From IMG/VR virus record IMGVR_UViG_3300035208_002606: a stretch of DNA of 64,000 nt, one strand, 5' to 3'. Shown piece after piece: positions 9,866 to 18,456 of this stretch. A program made the position numbers and the translations under genes. The stretch's first letter is position 1. Each line of letters starts with the position of its first letter. Source of the stretch: a virus. Lineage: Duplodnaviria > Heunggongvirae > Uroviricota > Caudoviricetes. The notes below the pieces were generated by a model that saw nothing but the letters and a program-made list of their open reading frames with translations, did not search any database and was not told where the DNA came from.

Positions 9866-9887
9866 ACATGGGAGAAGGTGGCAGTAA

Positions 9888-10148
9888 ATGGTATGGACAG
9901 CAGAGAAACAGAAACAACTTCGCGCTCTTGGGTTCGAATATGTCAAAGACTCCGACAAATGGATTAGGCATTGCCCCAATCACGATGAGTTCGTCAGGGC
10001 AACGGCAGAGTTCCTCTATTGGTTCGATACCGAAAACAAGAACGGCAGCTATGTCCGTGGGAGCAATCGATGGCCCATCATGCACTTTGATGCTTTGGTA
10101 ATTTTTTTGAGGGCATTGAGATATTTGGAGAAGGAGATAGGGGAATGA
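9888..10148 (+). CDS. hypothetical protein
   Basis: 86 aa ORF; its 3' end is part of a 48-bp segment duplicated at 10386. Confidence 0.4.
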   Translation: MVWTAEKQKQLRALGFEYVKDSDKWIRHCPNHDEFVRATAEFLYWFDTENKNGSYVRGSNRWPIMHFDALVIFLRALRYLEKEIGE

Positions 10149-10165
10149 AATTAAGAATAGTTGAA
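10118..10165 (+). repeat. 48-bp direct repeat copy 1 (gene 3' end plus RBS plus start of next gene)
   Basis: gagatatttggagaaggagataggggaatgaaattaagaatagttgaa identical at 10386-10433. Confidence 0.8.
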
Positions 10166-10387
10166 AAAGATTTTAAAGTAGGACAATGGGTGATTTATCG
10201 AAAAGGAAGCAAGTTGGGTGAAGAACAAATGGGCATGGTTAAAAGTTGGAATGATAAATTTATTTTTGTGGTTTTTCAATGTAATGGTGAATGGGATAGA
10301 TATTTTGATTATATGTCCCAAGCCTGTAACCCCGAAGATTTAACTATAGTTCCTGAAGGTGCTTTTAAATCTTATCCTGTAAAATGA
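10145..10387 (+). CDS. hypothetical protein (MKLRIVE start)
   Basis: ORF, ATGA overlap. Confidence 0.45.
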   Translation: MKLRIVEKDFKVGQWVIYRKGSKLGEEQMGMVKSWNDKFIFVVFQCNGEWDRYFDYMSQACNPEDLTIVPEGAFKSYPVK

Positions 10388-10433
10388 GATATTTGGAGAA
10401 GGAGATAGGGGAATGAAATTAAGAATAGTTGAA
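10386..10433 (+). repeat. 48-bp direct repeat copy 2
   Basis: Identical to 10118-10165. Confidence 0.8.
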
Positions 10434-10748
10434 TCTTCTTATGAGGAATTATTTAAAGACTTTGAAAAACAGATAGAAACTAAACCCTTTAAAAATATAG
10501 ATAAAGAAACATGGGCAACAATACAATTAGAGGGAATAGACGAAGAGAAAGAAAAATTTGAACCTGAAGAATATTCCTTTATCGAATTAGATATTCCCAA
10601 TACAGACAAAGAAGAATTGAAAATAATGAACGATAATGTTGTGGAAAAATACAATCAATTTGATATAATTTTGAAGGCCACTTTTTCCAATCTTATAGAC
10701 CTGATAGACTATGAAAAAGGCAATGTGAAAATTATAAAAATAAAATGA
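10413..10748 (+). CDS. hypothetical acidic protein (MKLRIVE start, duplicated initiation region)
   Basis: ORF begins inside second copy of the 48-bp repeat. Confidence 0.45.
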   Translation: MKLRIVESSYEELFKDFEKQIETKPFKNIDKETWATIQLEGIDEEKEKFEPEEYSFIELDIPNTDKEELKIMNDNVVEKYNQFDIILKATFSNLIDLIDYEKGNVKIIKIK

Positions 10749-11113
10749 AATTTAAACTCCTTCCAAAAAACTATCCCACCAAAGAAGGCGGCTCCTGCAT
10801 GCTTGCCGCAGAAATCATGACGGCTAAACTCTTGAAAAGGGGCATCAAGAATTTCAAGGTGAAGGAAGGTTGGGTTCTTGTTGGGCCTAACGAAGAGGAA
10901 CTAGCCCACACTTGGATAGAGTTTGATAACGGAGAAATTTTAGACCCCACAATAGAACAGTTCGGACATCCCCACGAAATAGAATACGGAGAAGTAAAGG
11001 AAGAATTTACCCCTGAAGAATATTTAGAGGCGTGTGATTTTTACGGTGCGGAAGAAGAGTGGAGTAAATGGGGATTTGACAGGTACGGGAAAAAATATAA
11101 GGGTGCGGAATGA
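10745..11113 (+). CDS. hypothetical protein (MKFKLL start)
   Basis: ORF, ATGA overlap. Confidence 0.5.
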   Translation: MKFKLLPKNYPTKEGGSCMLAAEIMTAKLLKRGIKNFKVKEGWVLVGPNEEELAHTWIEFDNGEILDPTIEQFGHPHEIEYGEVKEEFTPEEYLEACDFYGAEEEWSKWGFDRYGKKYKGAE

Positions 11114-11610
11114 AATTTAAACTTCTTGAATCTTTGGAACAGGATGCTTTGAAGTACAAAACACCTGAAGAATTTGCAAATAAACACGCCGACAATGTTT
11201 GGATTCATTCGACTGACGCTAAAAACTTTGATAAATTTAATACATCAGAAGTTTGGTTTGAATATGATGCCTTAGGGGGATACGGAGATAGAGAAATAGC
11301 CATCCATTACGAAATAAAAAAACCATTCGTAACTTCATCGGACGAATTTATCCATCAAGATTTTCACATAACGGCAGAAGAAGCAAGAAAAAATAAAGAA
11401 TTATATCATTCTTGGGGTGGAGAAGCAAATCCTGAATCCTTTGAAAAAATGAGAAAATTGGGGTATGAAACTTTGATAGACGATGAGGGATTTTGTGCGT
11501 TATATCCAAATAAAGTAACAATAATAGCACACAGGGCAAAATGGAAAAACGGAGACTTTGACAGGAAAGGCATGCTTATTAAGTTTTGGAAGAAAGCGCA
11601 TGCAAAATAA
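11110..11610 (+). CDS. hypothetical protein (MKFKLLE start)
   Basis: ORF, ATGA overlap. Confidence 0.5.
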   Translation: MKFKLLESLEQDALKYKTPEEFANKHADNVWIHSTDAKNFDKFNTSEVWFEYDALGGYGDREIAIHYEIKKPFVTSSDEFIHQDFHITAEEARKNKELYHSWGGEANPESFEKMRKLGYETLIDDEGFCALYPNKVTIIAHRAKWKNGDFDRKGMLIKFWKKAHAK

Positions 11611-11716
11611 AGAATTCACCCCAAATTGCCCCTAGAACACCCAAATTCCTTGCCAGAATCGTTTAAGAGGCGTTTTCTCCCCGCTTTCGCATAAAAACCC
11701 CAATTCCGTTACAAAG

Positions 11717-11727
11717 TGTGGTATAAT
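11717..11727 (+). promoter_or_regulatory. extended -10 promoter
   Basis: gtgtggtataat. Confidence 0.5.
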
Positions 11728-11745
11728 TGAAATGGAGAAGAAAAA

Positions 11746-11930
11746 TGAATTATATTTGCAATCATTCAGAAACCTGTGAAAACACAAATTGCATGCATCA
11801 CAGGATTCACGATTATTCGGACGATTATTGCCACCCCACATTCTGCCCTGTCATAGGGAAGAATGTCAGGTGCGTAACTTTACCTGAATTAGTAATTACT
11901 ACCCCTGACGATGTTGTCGTAGGGATGTAA
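11746..11930 (+). CDS. Cys/His-rich small protein
   Basis: MNYICNHSETCENTNCMHHRIH...; downstream of TGTGGTATAAT promoter at 11717-11727. Confidence 0.4.
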
Positions 11931-11949
11931 AAATAAAAAGGAGGATACA

Positions 11950-12147
11950 ATGCCAAGAGGAGACAAAACGGGTCCAGAAGGAAGAGGCCCAAGAACAGGA
12001 AGAGGGGCAGGAAACTGTTCACCCACTACAAGTGATGTTTCGGCTCCCCCACGCCCACGCAGGGGGCTTGGAATGGGGAGAGGAATGGGTCAAGGCCCAG
12101 GGCCGAATCGTTCAGGCAGAGGACTTGGACGAAGAAGCGGACGCTAA
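11950..12147 (+). CDS. Gly/Arg/Pro-rich small basic protein
   Basis: 65 aa RGRG/GRGxG-rich ORF with strong RBS aaaggaggatacaATG inside a short GC-rich island. Confidence 0.4.
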   Translation: MPRGDKTGPEGRGPRTGRGAGNCSPTTSDVSAPPRPRRGLGMGRGMGQGPGPNRSGRGLGRRSGR

Positions 12148-12159
12148 TTTGTAACAAGG

Positions 12160-12170
12160 TGTGGTATAAT
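12160..12170 (+). promoter_or_regulatory. extended -10 promoter
   Basis: gtgtggtataat. Confidence 0.5.
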
Positions 12171-12209
12171 AAGAGTGTAAAATTCATCATAGGAGGATGA
12201 ACGATAAAA

Positions 12210-12458
12210 ATGGCAAAAACGATTAAGGAAAAGGTAATCAACAGGATTACCAACGCAGAGAAGAAGAGAGTTGGGCGCAAGACGCTGTATGTCATGCCGC
12301 ACAAAGACCTTCTTCGGCTTTCGAAGGCTGAGGATTCCGCAACCCGCCGGCTTCGGGAGATGGCTGAGGAATTTCGAGGAAAGGGAAATCCACAGCCAAT
12401 CAATATCGTGGGTGAACACCTACATATTGAGCCTTCGTTCGTAAAGTGGTTGCAGTAA
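12210..12458 (+). CDS. hypothetical protein
   Basis: RBS taggaggatgaacgataaaaATG; followed by rho-independent terminator. Confidence 0.45.
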   Translation: MAKTIKEKVINRITNAEKKRVGRKTLYVMPHKDLLRLSKAEDSATRRLREMAEEFRGKGNPQPINIVGEHLHIEPSFVKWLQ

Positions 12459-12482
12459 CCCCCTAACGCAACCATGACTTCA

Positions 12483-12517
12483 GGGCGCACCTTCCAACGG
12501 TGCGCCCTTTTTATTTT
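12483..12517 (+). terminator. rho-independent terminator
   Basis: gggcgcacc-ttccaa-cggtgcgccc followed by tttttatttt. Confidence 0.65.
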
Positions 12518-12545
12518 AAAGTGATAAATAAAGGTAGAGGTTAAA

Positions 12546-12908
12546 ATGGAATTCACTTTACTTGAAACAACATACACAATGGGAATGTGTGATGCCTATG
12601 CAATTGCCCTGCATCAAATATATGGCTATCCATTATATGTAATTTATGGTGTATATAAAGATGAGGACGATGAAGAAAATATGGAGCCTTGTCATATTGT
12701 TGCTAAAAAAGGAAACAAATATCTTGATGTGAGAGGAGAACGCACTAAAGAAGAACTGCTAAAGAATTGTGTTTTTATGAATAAAGTATTTAAGGTGAAA
12801 TTCATTGAGACTAGCGAAGAAGAGGCTAGATATATTTTCACTTCAGAAGGTGTTTCTAGTGCCGATATCGTAAAAGCAAAAAAGGAAATATTAAAAAATG
12901 GAATTTAG
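12546..12908 (+). CDS. hypothetical protein (MEFTLLE start)
   Basis: ORF with RBS. Confidence 0.5.
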   Translation: MEFTLLETTYTMGMCDAYAIALHQIYGYPLYVIYGVYKDEDDEENMEPCHIVAKKGNKYLDVRGERTKEELLKNCVFMNKVFKVKFIETSEEEARYIFTSEGVSSADIVKAKKEILKNGI

Positions 12909-14286
12909 AAATTTCGGTGATGTACCGCCGCAAGCCTTGGAAATCGCACAAGTCCTGAATGACGCAGGATACGAAGCCTATTTGGTAGGCGGCTGTGTCA
13001 GGGATATTATGCTAGGCAAAGAACCTAAAGATTGGGATTTCGCAACAAGCGCAACCCCAAAGGAAACCGAACGAGTCCTAACGGAAGCGGAAATCAAGAA
13101 CTACGACAAGGGTGCGGAGTATGGAACTTGGGCGGCTATCATAGACGGCGAAGAATTTGAAATCACGACCTACCGTCTAGAGGCAGACTATTCCGATGCC
13201 CGTAGGCCAAAAGCCGTTTCTTTCTCCAAGGGCATCAAGGAAGACTTGGCCCGTAGGGACTTGACGGTGAACGCTATGGCATTTGACCCGCTGACGGGTG
13301 AGATTATCGACCCCTTCGGCGGTCAGGAAGATTTAGAACGGGGACTTATCAAGGCAGTCGGGAGGCCTGAGGAAAGATTTCATGAGGACGCTCTACGCCT
13401 GATGAGAGCCGTCCGCTTTGCCTCCCGTTACGGATTTGATATAGACGAAGACACGAAGAAAGCGATAAAGAGAAACGCAGAGAGGTTACGATATGTTTCA
13501 GCCGAAAGAATTCGTGATGAACTCAATGGGATTTTGCTGACAGAGAAACCGTCCGTGGGGTTACAACTCCTTCACGACTTGGGCTTGCTGAAAATTGCTT
13601 TGCCCGAAGTAGATATTTTGGATACGGTTCCACAGCAAAGCCCTTGGCATCACAAGAATGTTTTCGGACACACTCTCGATGTCGTAGATAATTCTCCCGC
13701 CCGTGCGGATGTCAGGTGGGCAACCCTCTTGCATGACACGGGAAAGGAGAAGGCTAGGGTCAGGGACGAGACGGGTCGAGACCGCTTTATCGGTCACGAC
13801 TTAATATCCGCAGAAATTGCGGAAGTCGTTCTCAAGCGTCTGAAGTTTGACAACTCTACGGCAAATAAAATTGTTAAGTTGATTGCCCTGCATCAAGCAG
13901 AGCCGAAGAAGCGCAACAAAATAAAACATTTTATTCGGCACTTGGGTGTTGAAAATCTAGAGGATTGGAAGGCCATGCGGCTTGCAGACATTACGGCCCA
14001 CAAGCCCGAGAAAGTTGAAGCAGGAATGGCAATCCACGGAGAACGGGTCAAGACCCTGGACGATATTCTTGCCAAGAACGAGCCGTATATGATTTCGCAG
14101 TTGGATATCAACGGAAACGAGTTGAAAGAAGTCGGGGTTCCTGCTGGACCCATAATGGGAAAAGTCCTGAGGGGATTATTGGACTTGGTGATTCAAAGCC
14201 CTGAAAAAAATCAAAAGGCTTTCCTGAGGAATTGGGCCAAAAATAATTGGCAGAGGATTCAGAAAGAGATAAATAGTGGTAGATGA
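12898..14286 (+). CDS. cca: CCA-adding tRNA nucleotidyltransferase with HD domain
   Basis: YLVGGCVRDIMLGKEPKDWDFATSATP head-domain signature; WHHKNVFGHTLDVVD...LLHDTGK HD motif. Confidence 0.8.
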   Translation: MEFRNFGDVPPQALEIAQVLNDAGYEAYLVGGCVRDIMLGKEPKDWDFATSATPKETERVLTEAEIKNYDKGAEYGTWAAIIDGEEFEITTYRLEADYSDARRPKAVSFSKGIKEDLARRDLTVNAMAFDPLTGEIIDPFGGQEDLERGLIKAVGRPEERFHEDALRLMRAVRFASRYGFDIDEDTKKAIKRNAERLRYVSAERIRDELNGILLTEKPSVGLQLLHDLGLLKIALPEVDILDTVPQQSPWHHKNVFGHTLDVVDNSPARADVRWATLLHDTGKEKARVRDETGRDRFIGHDLISAEIAEVVLKRLKFDNSTANKIVKLIALHQAEPKKRNKIKHFIRHLGVENLEDWKAMRLADITAHKPEKVEAGMAIHGERVKTLDDILAKNEPYMISQLDINGNELKEVGVPAGPIMGKVLRGLLDLVIQSPEKNQKAFLRNWAKNNWQRIQKEINSGR

Positions 14287-15374
14287 AATTTAAGGTCGTA
14301 GATTTACCCCAAGGCGTTCAGACAATCGGTAACGTGCTGAACAAGAACGGATTCAAAGCCTATGTCGTAGGCGGGGCCGTACGAGACTATTTGCTTGGCA
14401 GACCCCCTAAGGATTGGGACATTGCGACCTCCGCAAAACCTGAAGATGTCATGCGAATCTTCGAAGGCATGGACTTCAAGATTTGGCCTATGGGACAAAA
14501 GTACGGCATCGTAAAAGTTCAAGCCGGCACGGACGATTACGATATCACAACCCTTCGCAAGCGCATATCTTTCGAGGGCGGGAAATCGCAAGTTGCCGAA
14601 TATTCAGACAGCATTGAAGAAGACTTGGCGTTCAGGGACTTGACCATCAACGCCCTGGCCATCGACATTCAGACAGGAGAAATTATCGACCCTCACGGCG
14701 GTCAGGAAGATTTAAAAAATGGTATCGTTCGGGCAATTGGAGACCCTGACGAACGCCTGAAGGAAGGGCCGATTCGTTCCCTTCGTGCGATTCGCTTCGC
14801 AGTCAAGTACAATTTCAAGTTAGACCAAGAAACGGCAAACACCATCAAGCGGCATGCTTCCGAATTAAAGATGGTCGCAGGGGGGCGCATCAAGCGGGAA
14901 CTTAATACGATGCTCCTGCTTGACGATGCATCGAGAGCGTTGCGGATGTTGCGGGATACGGGCGTTGCAAGAGCATTGTTTCCCGAAGTAAATTTGGACG
15001 AAGCGATAGAAAAAATCAACGACCTTCCGAAGAATCTTGAAGAGCGGTGGGCTGAAATTTTAAAGGACACGGGAAAGGGTGAAAAAATCTCCACCGCAAT
15101 CGCAAGGCAAATCATGCGCCGTCTTGGATTCGTGCTTGCGGAAATCGAAAAGGTCAACAGGCTGATTTATTCCAAGGGCGAACAGAAATTGACGGCAGAC
15201 GATTTGGATATCACGGAGAAGGAACTTCAAAAATTGGGAATTACGCCTGAAGAAATGGAGACGATAAAAACCCAACTCATCAATCTGATTGTATTCCGGC
15301 CTGAGAAGAACAAGAACTCCATCCTGAAGAACAGGGTGAAGAAGTGGAAGCAAGGGGTTGCGATAGAAAAATGA
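14283..15374 (+). CDS. tRNA nucleotidyltransferase / poly(A) polymerase head-domain paralog (no HD domain)
   Basis: YVVGGAVRDYLLGRPPKDWDIATSAKP; RDLTINALAID; paralog of upstream gene. Confidence 0.75.
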   Translation: MKFKVVDLPQGVQTIGNVLNKNGFKAYVVGGAVRDYLLGRPPKDWDIATSAKPEDVMRIFEGMDFKIWPMGQKYGIVKVQAGTDDYDITTLRKRISFEGGKSQVAEYSDSIEEDLAFRDLTINALAIDIQTGEIIDPHGGQEDLKNGIVRAIGDPDERLKEGPIRSLRAIRFAVKYNFKLDQETANTIKRHASELKMVAGGRIKRELNTMLLLDDASRALRMLRDTGVARALFPEVNLDEAIEKINDLPKNLEERWAEILKDTGKGEKISTAIARQIMRRLGFVLAEIEKVNRLIYSKGEQKLTADDLDITEKELQKLGITPEEMETIKTQLINLIVFRPEKNKNSILKNRVKKWKQGVAIEK

Positions 15375-15937
15375 AATTCACAATAGCAGAAGACAAGGGC
15401 GACAAAATCTTTTATATGGCAGTCGGCATCAGCGGGTCGGGGAAGTCAACTTATCTCAACAAGATTTTTACACCTGATATCATTGTCGAACCTGACGCAA
15501 TTCGCAGGGAAATGACGGGTTCCGTATCTGACCAAAGTCAAGACGCTTTCGTATGGCGTGAGGCGGCAAAAAGAATAAATGAAAAATTACAGGAAGAACC
15601 TTATACAGCAATTCTTGACGCTACTAACACGGTGAGTAGATATCGTAAAGATTTTTTAAAGCAACTCCCCGAAGGCACTCATACTGTTGCCTTAGTATTC
15701 ATGCCGCAAGGGACGGACGAGGAAATCGTGGACAAACTCTACAAGAGAATCCAACGAGACCTAAAAAATAAAAAAGATAGAAGCGCAGTTCCAAAGGAAG
15801 TAATCGAACGGCAATTAAGACAATTCAGGAACGGACTGCAAAATATTCAAAACCAATTTGATATGGTCGAAGAAATTCCTGTGGAATTAACAGACGAAGA
15901 CGAAATCAAGTGGTTCAACAGTACATCTTACGCATAA
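15372..15937 (+). CDS. P-loop polynucleotide-kinase-like protein (kinase domain only)
   Basis: FYMAVGISGSGKSTYL Walker A resembling T4 Pnk kinase domain; no DxDxT phosphatase domain. Confidence 0.55.
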
Positions 15938-15942
15938 CTGAA

Positions 15943-15953
15943 TGTGGTATAAT
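15943..15953 (+). promoter_or_regulatory. extended -10 promoter
   Basis: atgtggtataat. Confidence 0.5.
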
Positions 15954-15970
15954 ATTCTTAGGAGGAAAGA

Positions 15971-16297
15971 ATGAAATGGATTAGCATAAAAGACAGAATG
16001 CCAAAGGATTACCAACGAGTCTTGGCAACAGATGGAAAGGGTTATGATTTCCTGCACCTGAGTAATGAGTTCGGATTTATGGAACAACCCACAGGAGTTA
16101 AATTTTGGTGTCCTGACAACATTCATTGTTCTCCCAAGGTTAATGTTAATAAAATCACTCATTGGATGGAAGTCGAACTTCCCGAAAAGCCACCGAAACC
16201 CCTAACGGCTAAACAATTAACTAGTCTTAGAAAAAGTATGGAACAGTCTACTAAAATCGCTCATAGAATTTTAAATAAGGAGAAAAAGAAAAAGTAA
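15971..16297 (+). CDS. hypothetical protein
   Basis: Downstream of TGTGGTATAAT promoter (15948-15953) and RBS aggaggaaagaATG. Confidence 0.45.
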   Translation: MKWISIKDRMPKDYQRVLATDGKGYDFLHLSNEFGFMEQPTGVKFWCPDNIHCSPKVNVNKITHWMEVELPEKPPKPLTAKQLTSLRKSMEQSTKIAHRILNKEKKKK

Positions 16298-16701
16298 TGG
16301 ACGGCAGGATTACACCTGATAAGGTTGTGTCATTAGGAGAGAATGAGATTTTTGTGTTTGGGTCGAATCGTTCGGGAAGGCACTCCAAAGGGGCGGCGAA
16401 AACAGCGATGTACAAGTTCGGGGCCAAGTGGGGTCAAGCGGATGGATTGCAAGGTAGAAGTTATGGCATCCCCACCAAGGACCGAAATTTAAATGTGTTA
16501 AATATCGATGAAATTGAACACTATGTTCGCAAGTTCATTTCCGTTGCCAAGAAGAACCCCCAACTTACTTTCCTTGTCACAGAAATAGGTTGCGGACTCG
16601 CAAAATTCTCTCCTAAGCAAATCGCACCCCTTTTCGAAAAGGCAAAAGATGTTCCAAACATTCACTTGCCGAAAAGATTTTGGGACCAACTTACCAAATA
16701 A
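16297..16701 (+). CDS. conserved hypothetical protein, possible Rossmann-like nucleotide-binding fold
   Basis: IFVFGSNRSGRHSKGAAKTA ... GIPTKD motif; family not confidently recalled. Confidence 0.4.
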   Translation: MDGRITPDKVVSLGENEIFVFGSNRSGRHSKGAAKTAMYKFGAKWGQADGLQGRSYGIPTKDRNLNVLNIDEIEHYVRKFISVAKKNPQLTFLVTEIGCGLAKFSPKQIAPLFEKAKDVPNIHLPKRFWDQLTK

Positions 16702-16753
16702 TTTAACTTTTTCACCCCTTCAAAACCCCTAAATATCTTTAGAGGTAATCATT

Positions 16754-17191
16754 ATGCAAGAAAACTTCGACAAAATTATGGAATTTATTTTCCGTTGGGA
16801 AGGTTGGAAATCCGATGACCCTGATGATGCGGGTGGAAGAACTGTGTGGGGAATCTGTGAGAAATATTATCCCGATGATGTAGAGGCAATGTGGACCATG
16901 ACCAAAGAAGACGCTCAGGAATATGCCAAGACCATTTATCGCAGGGATTATTGGAACCGTATTCGCGGCGATGACCTTCCTGCAAAAACGGACGCTGTCG
17001 TAATGGACACTTGCGTTAATATGGGTCACATCTTTGCAGAAAAAATCAGCCATTATGATACCTTTACCGCAATTGTCGAGCGAATCAAACGGTACACGGA
17101 AATTGCGAAGGTCGGGAATAATATCAAGTTCCTGAGGGGCTGGATTCGTAGGGTTATTGATTTATATTATTTTATTAAACAGAATTTTTAG
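16754..17191 (+). CDS. GH108-like lysozyme domain protein
   Basis: WEGWKSDDPDDAGGRTVWGICEKYYP matches GH108 EGG...D.GG.T..GI signature. Confidence 0.55.
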   Translation: MQENFDKIMEFIFRWEGWKSDDPDDAGGRTVWGICEKYYPDDVEAMWTMTKEDAQEYAKTIYRRDYWNRIRGDDLPAKTDAVVMDTCVNMGHIFAEKISHYDTFTAIVERIKRYTEIAKVGNNIKFLRGWIRRVIDLYYFIKQNF

Positions 17192-17322
17192 ATTTGCATA
17201 AAAAATACAATTTTTCATTCATTGTAAAAAAACTGCAATTTTTCATTTTAAATAAAATAAAATCATAAATAGCAGTACGAAAGAAAAAACGACACACGAA
17301 AAGTTACGAAATAAAAACGGAG

Positions 17323-17333
17323 TGTGGTATAAT
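17323..17333 (+). promoter_or_regulatory. extended -10 promoter driving tRNA cluster start
   Basis: gtgtggtataat ends 17 nt before tRNA-Pro. Confidence 0.55.
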
Positions 17334-17350
17334 ATCGGTGTGAGTAATTA

Positions 17351-17426
17351 TCGGGGTGTAGCGCAGTTGGTAGCGTATCTGCTTTGGGAGCAGAGAGTCG
17401 GAGGTTCGAACCCTCTCACCCCGACC
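17351..17426 (+). tRNA. tRNA-Pro(TGG), CCA encoded
   Basis: Acceptor cggggtg/caccccg, anticodon loop tttggga, T-arm ggaggttcgaaccctct; 10 nt downstream of extended -10 promoter. Confidence 0.7.
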
Positions 17427-17448
17427 ATTTTTAAAAAGTTCGCAAAGG

Positions 17449-17478
17449 ACTTGACAAGTAGAAATTAGCATGTTATAC
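17449..17478 (+). promoter_or_regulatory. sigma70-type promoter TTGACA-18-TATACT
   Basis: cttgacaagtagaaattagcatgttatact. Confidence 0.45.
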
Positions 17479-17675
17479 TTGTCACGGATGATATGACCTA
17501 GCAGGATGCGGGTCTTAGGTTGTTTGACATTTTGGTTTTGTGGTTTTTGTGAAGTGGGGCCGGTAGTTTCCCGGTCTTGTATCGGGATGGTATCGCCCCC
17601 GCTTCTTTTTCCTGAAGAGGGTCGATACTCTTTTCGGTGCAGTTAGATGCATCGGGAGTATCGCCCCTCTTCATA

Positions 17676-17935
17676 ATTCAGCGGCGGTGTGGAAGGACAC
17701 ACTAGGAGAGTGAGTGAGGACAGGCCTGACTACGGGTTAGCGGAACAACCGCTCCTTCGGGTTCTCCTGAAATGGAGATTGAATGTCTGAAGATATCCCA
17801 ATAAGAAATGCTCAAAGCGTGAGTGGTGTTAGAAAAAAGTAGGTTTACCGCTCTAAGGCACGGCAATTTAATATTTGCATGCTTACATACGCAACGGAAG
17901 TCCCACAAGTAGGTATCAAGTCCTACCCGCTGAAT
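17676..17935 (+). ncRNA. family-E tRNA-like structured RNA element
   Basis: Terminal helix attcagcgg/ccgctgaat; 5' hairpin gtgtg-GAAGGA-cacac; 3' hairpin gtagg-tatcaagt-cctac; U-tail. Confidence 0.4.
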
Positions 17936-18029
17936 TTTTAATCTAACCGCTTCGCCGTTGTGCGGCCTCCTGAAACATGGAAAAACAACGGCACTTGCAA
18001 TATTACTTCTTAATACTTTACTTTTATAT

Positions 18030-18105
18030 GGGGCCGTGGCAGACAAGTAGGTGCGTCTCGTTGTCAGCGAGGAATATGGGGGTGCGATTCCCCTCGACCC
18101 CGCCA
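18030..18105 (+). tRNA. tRNA-Asp(GTC), CCA encoded, non-canonical D/T loops
   Basis: Acceptor ggggccg/cgacccc, anticodon stem tctcg/cgagg, loop ttgtcag, T-loop tgcgatt, D-loop lacks GG. Confidence 0.45.
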
Positions 18106-18304
18106 AGCATTATTACGATGGGTTTTACAGCGTTAGGGCCATCATAAAAACAAGAAACTGTACTGAGGAGGGTTTTTCCGTGTTGTGCCTCAATAAAAAG
18201 AAACGGACTTTGCACTTTTTGTTCGTTACCAAGTGTAACGAACCCACAGAGGTTTCGTTCGCCTGAACCCGTCTGACGAATCAGGCGAAGATTATATCTC
18301 ACCT

Positions 18305-18456
18305 ATCAGCAGGTGGAAGGACACCGCATCGTGGAAGAGGAACTACTTTCCAACATCGGAGAGAAGCCCCTGGCCTCAAGACTAGGCAGTAGAATTCATG
18401 GGTCCATCACGATGGCTACATCTGAAGGAGTCAGCGGGTGTCGAGTCCCGCCTGAT
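18305..18456 (+). ncRNA. family-E element
   Basis: atcagc.../...cctgat termini; ggtg-GAAGGA-cacc hairpin; 3' hairpin gcggg-tgtcgagt-cccgc. Confidence 0.35.
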
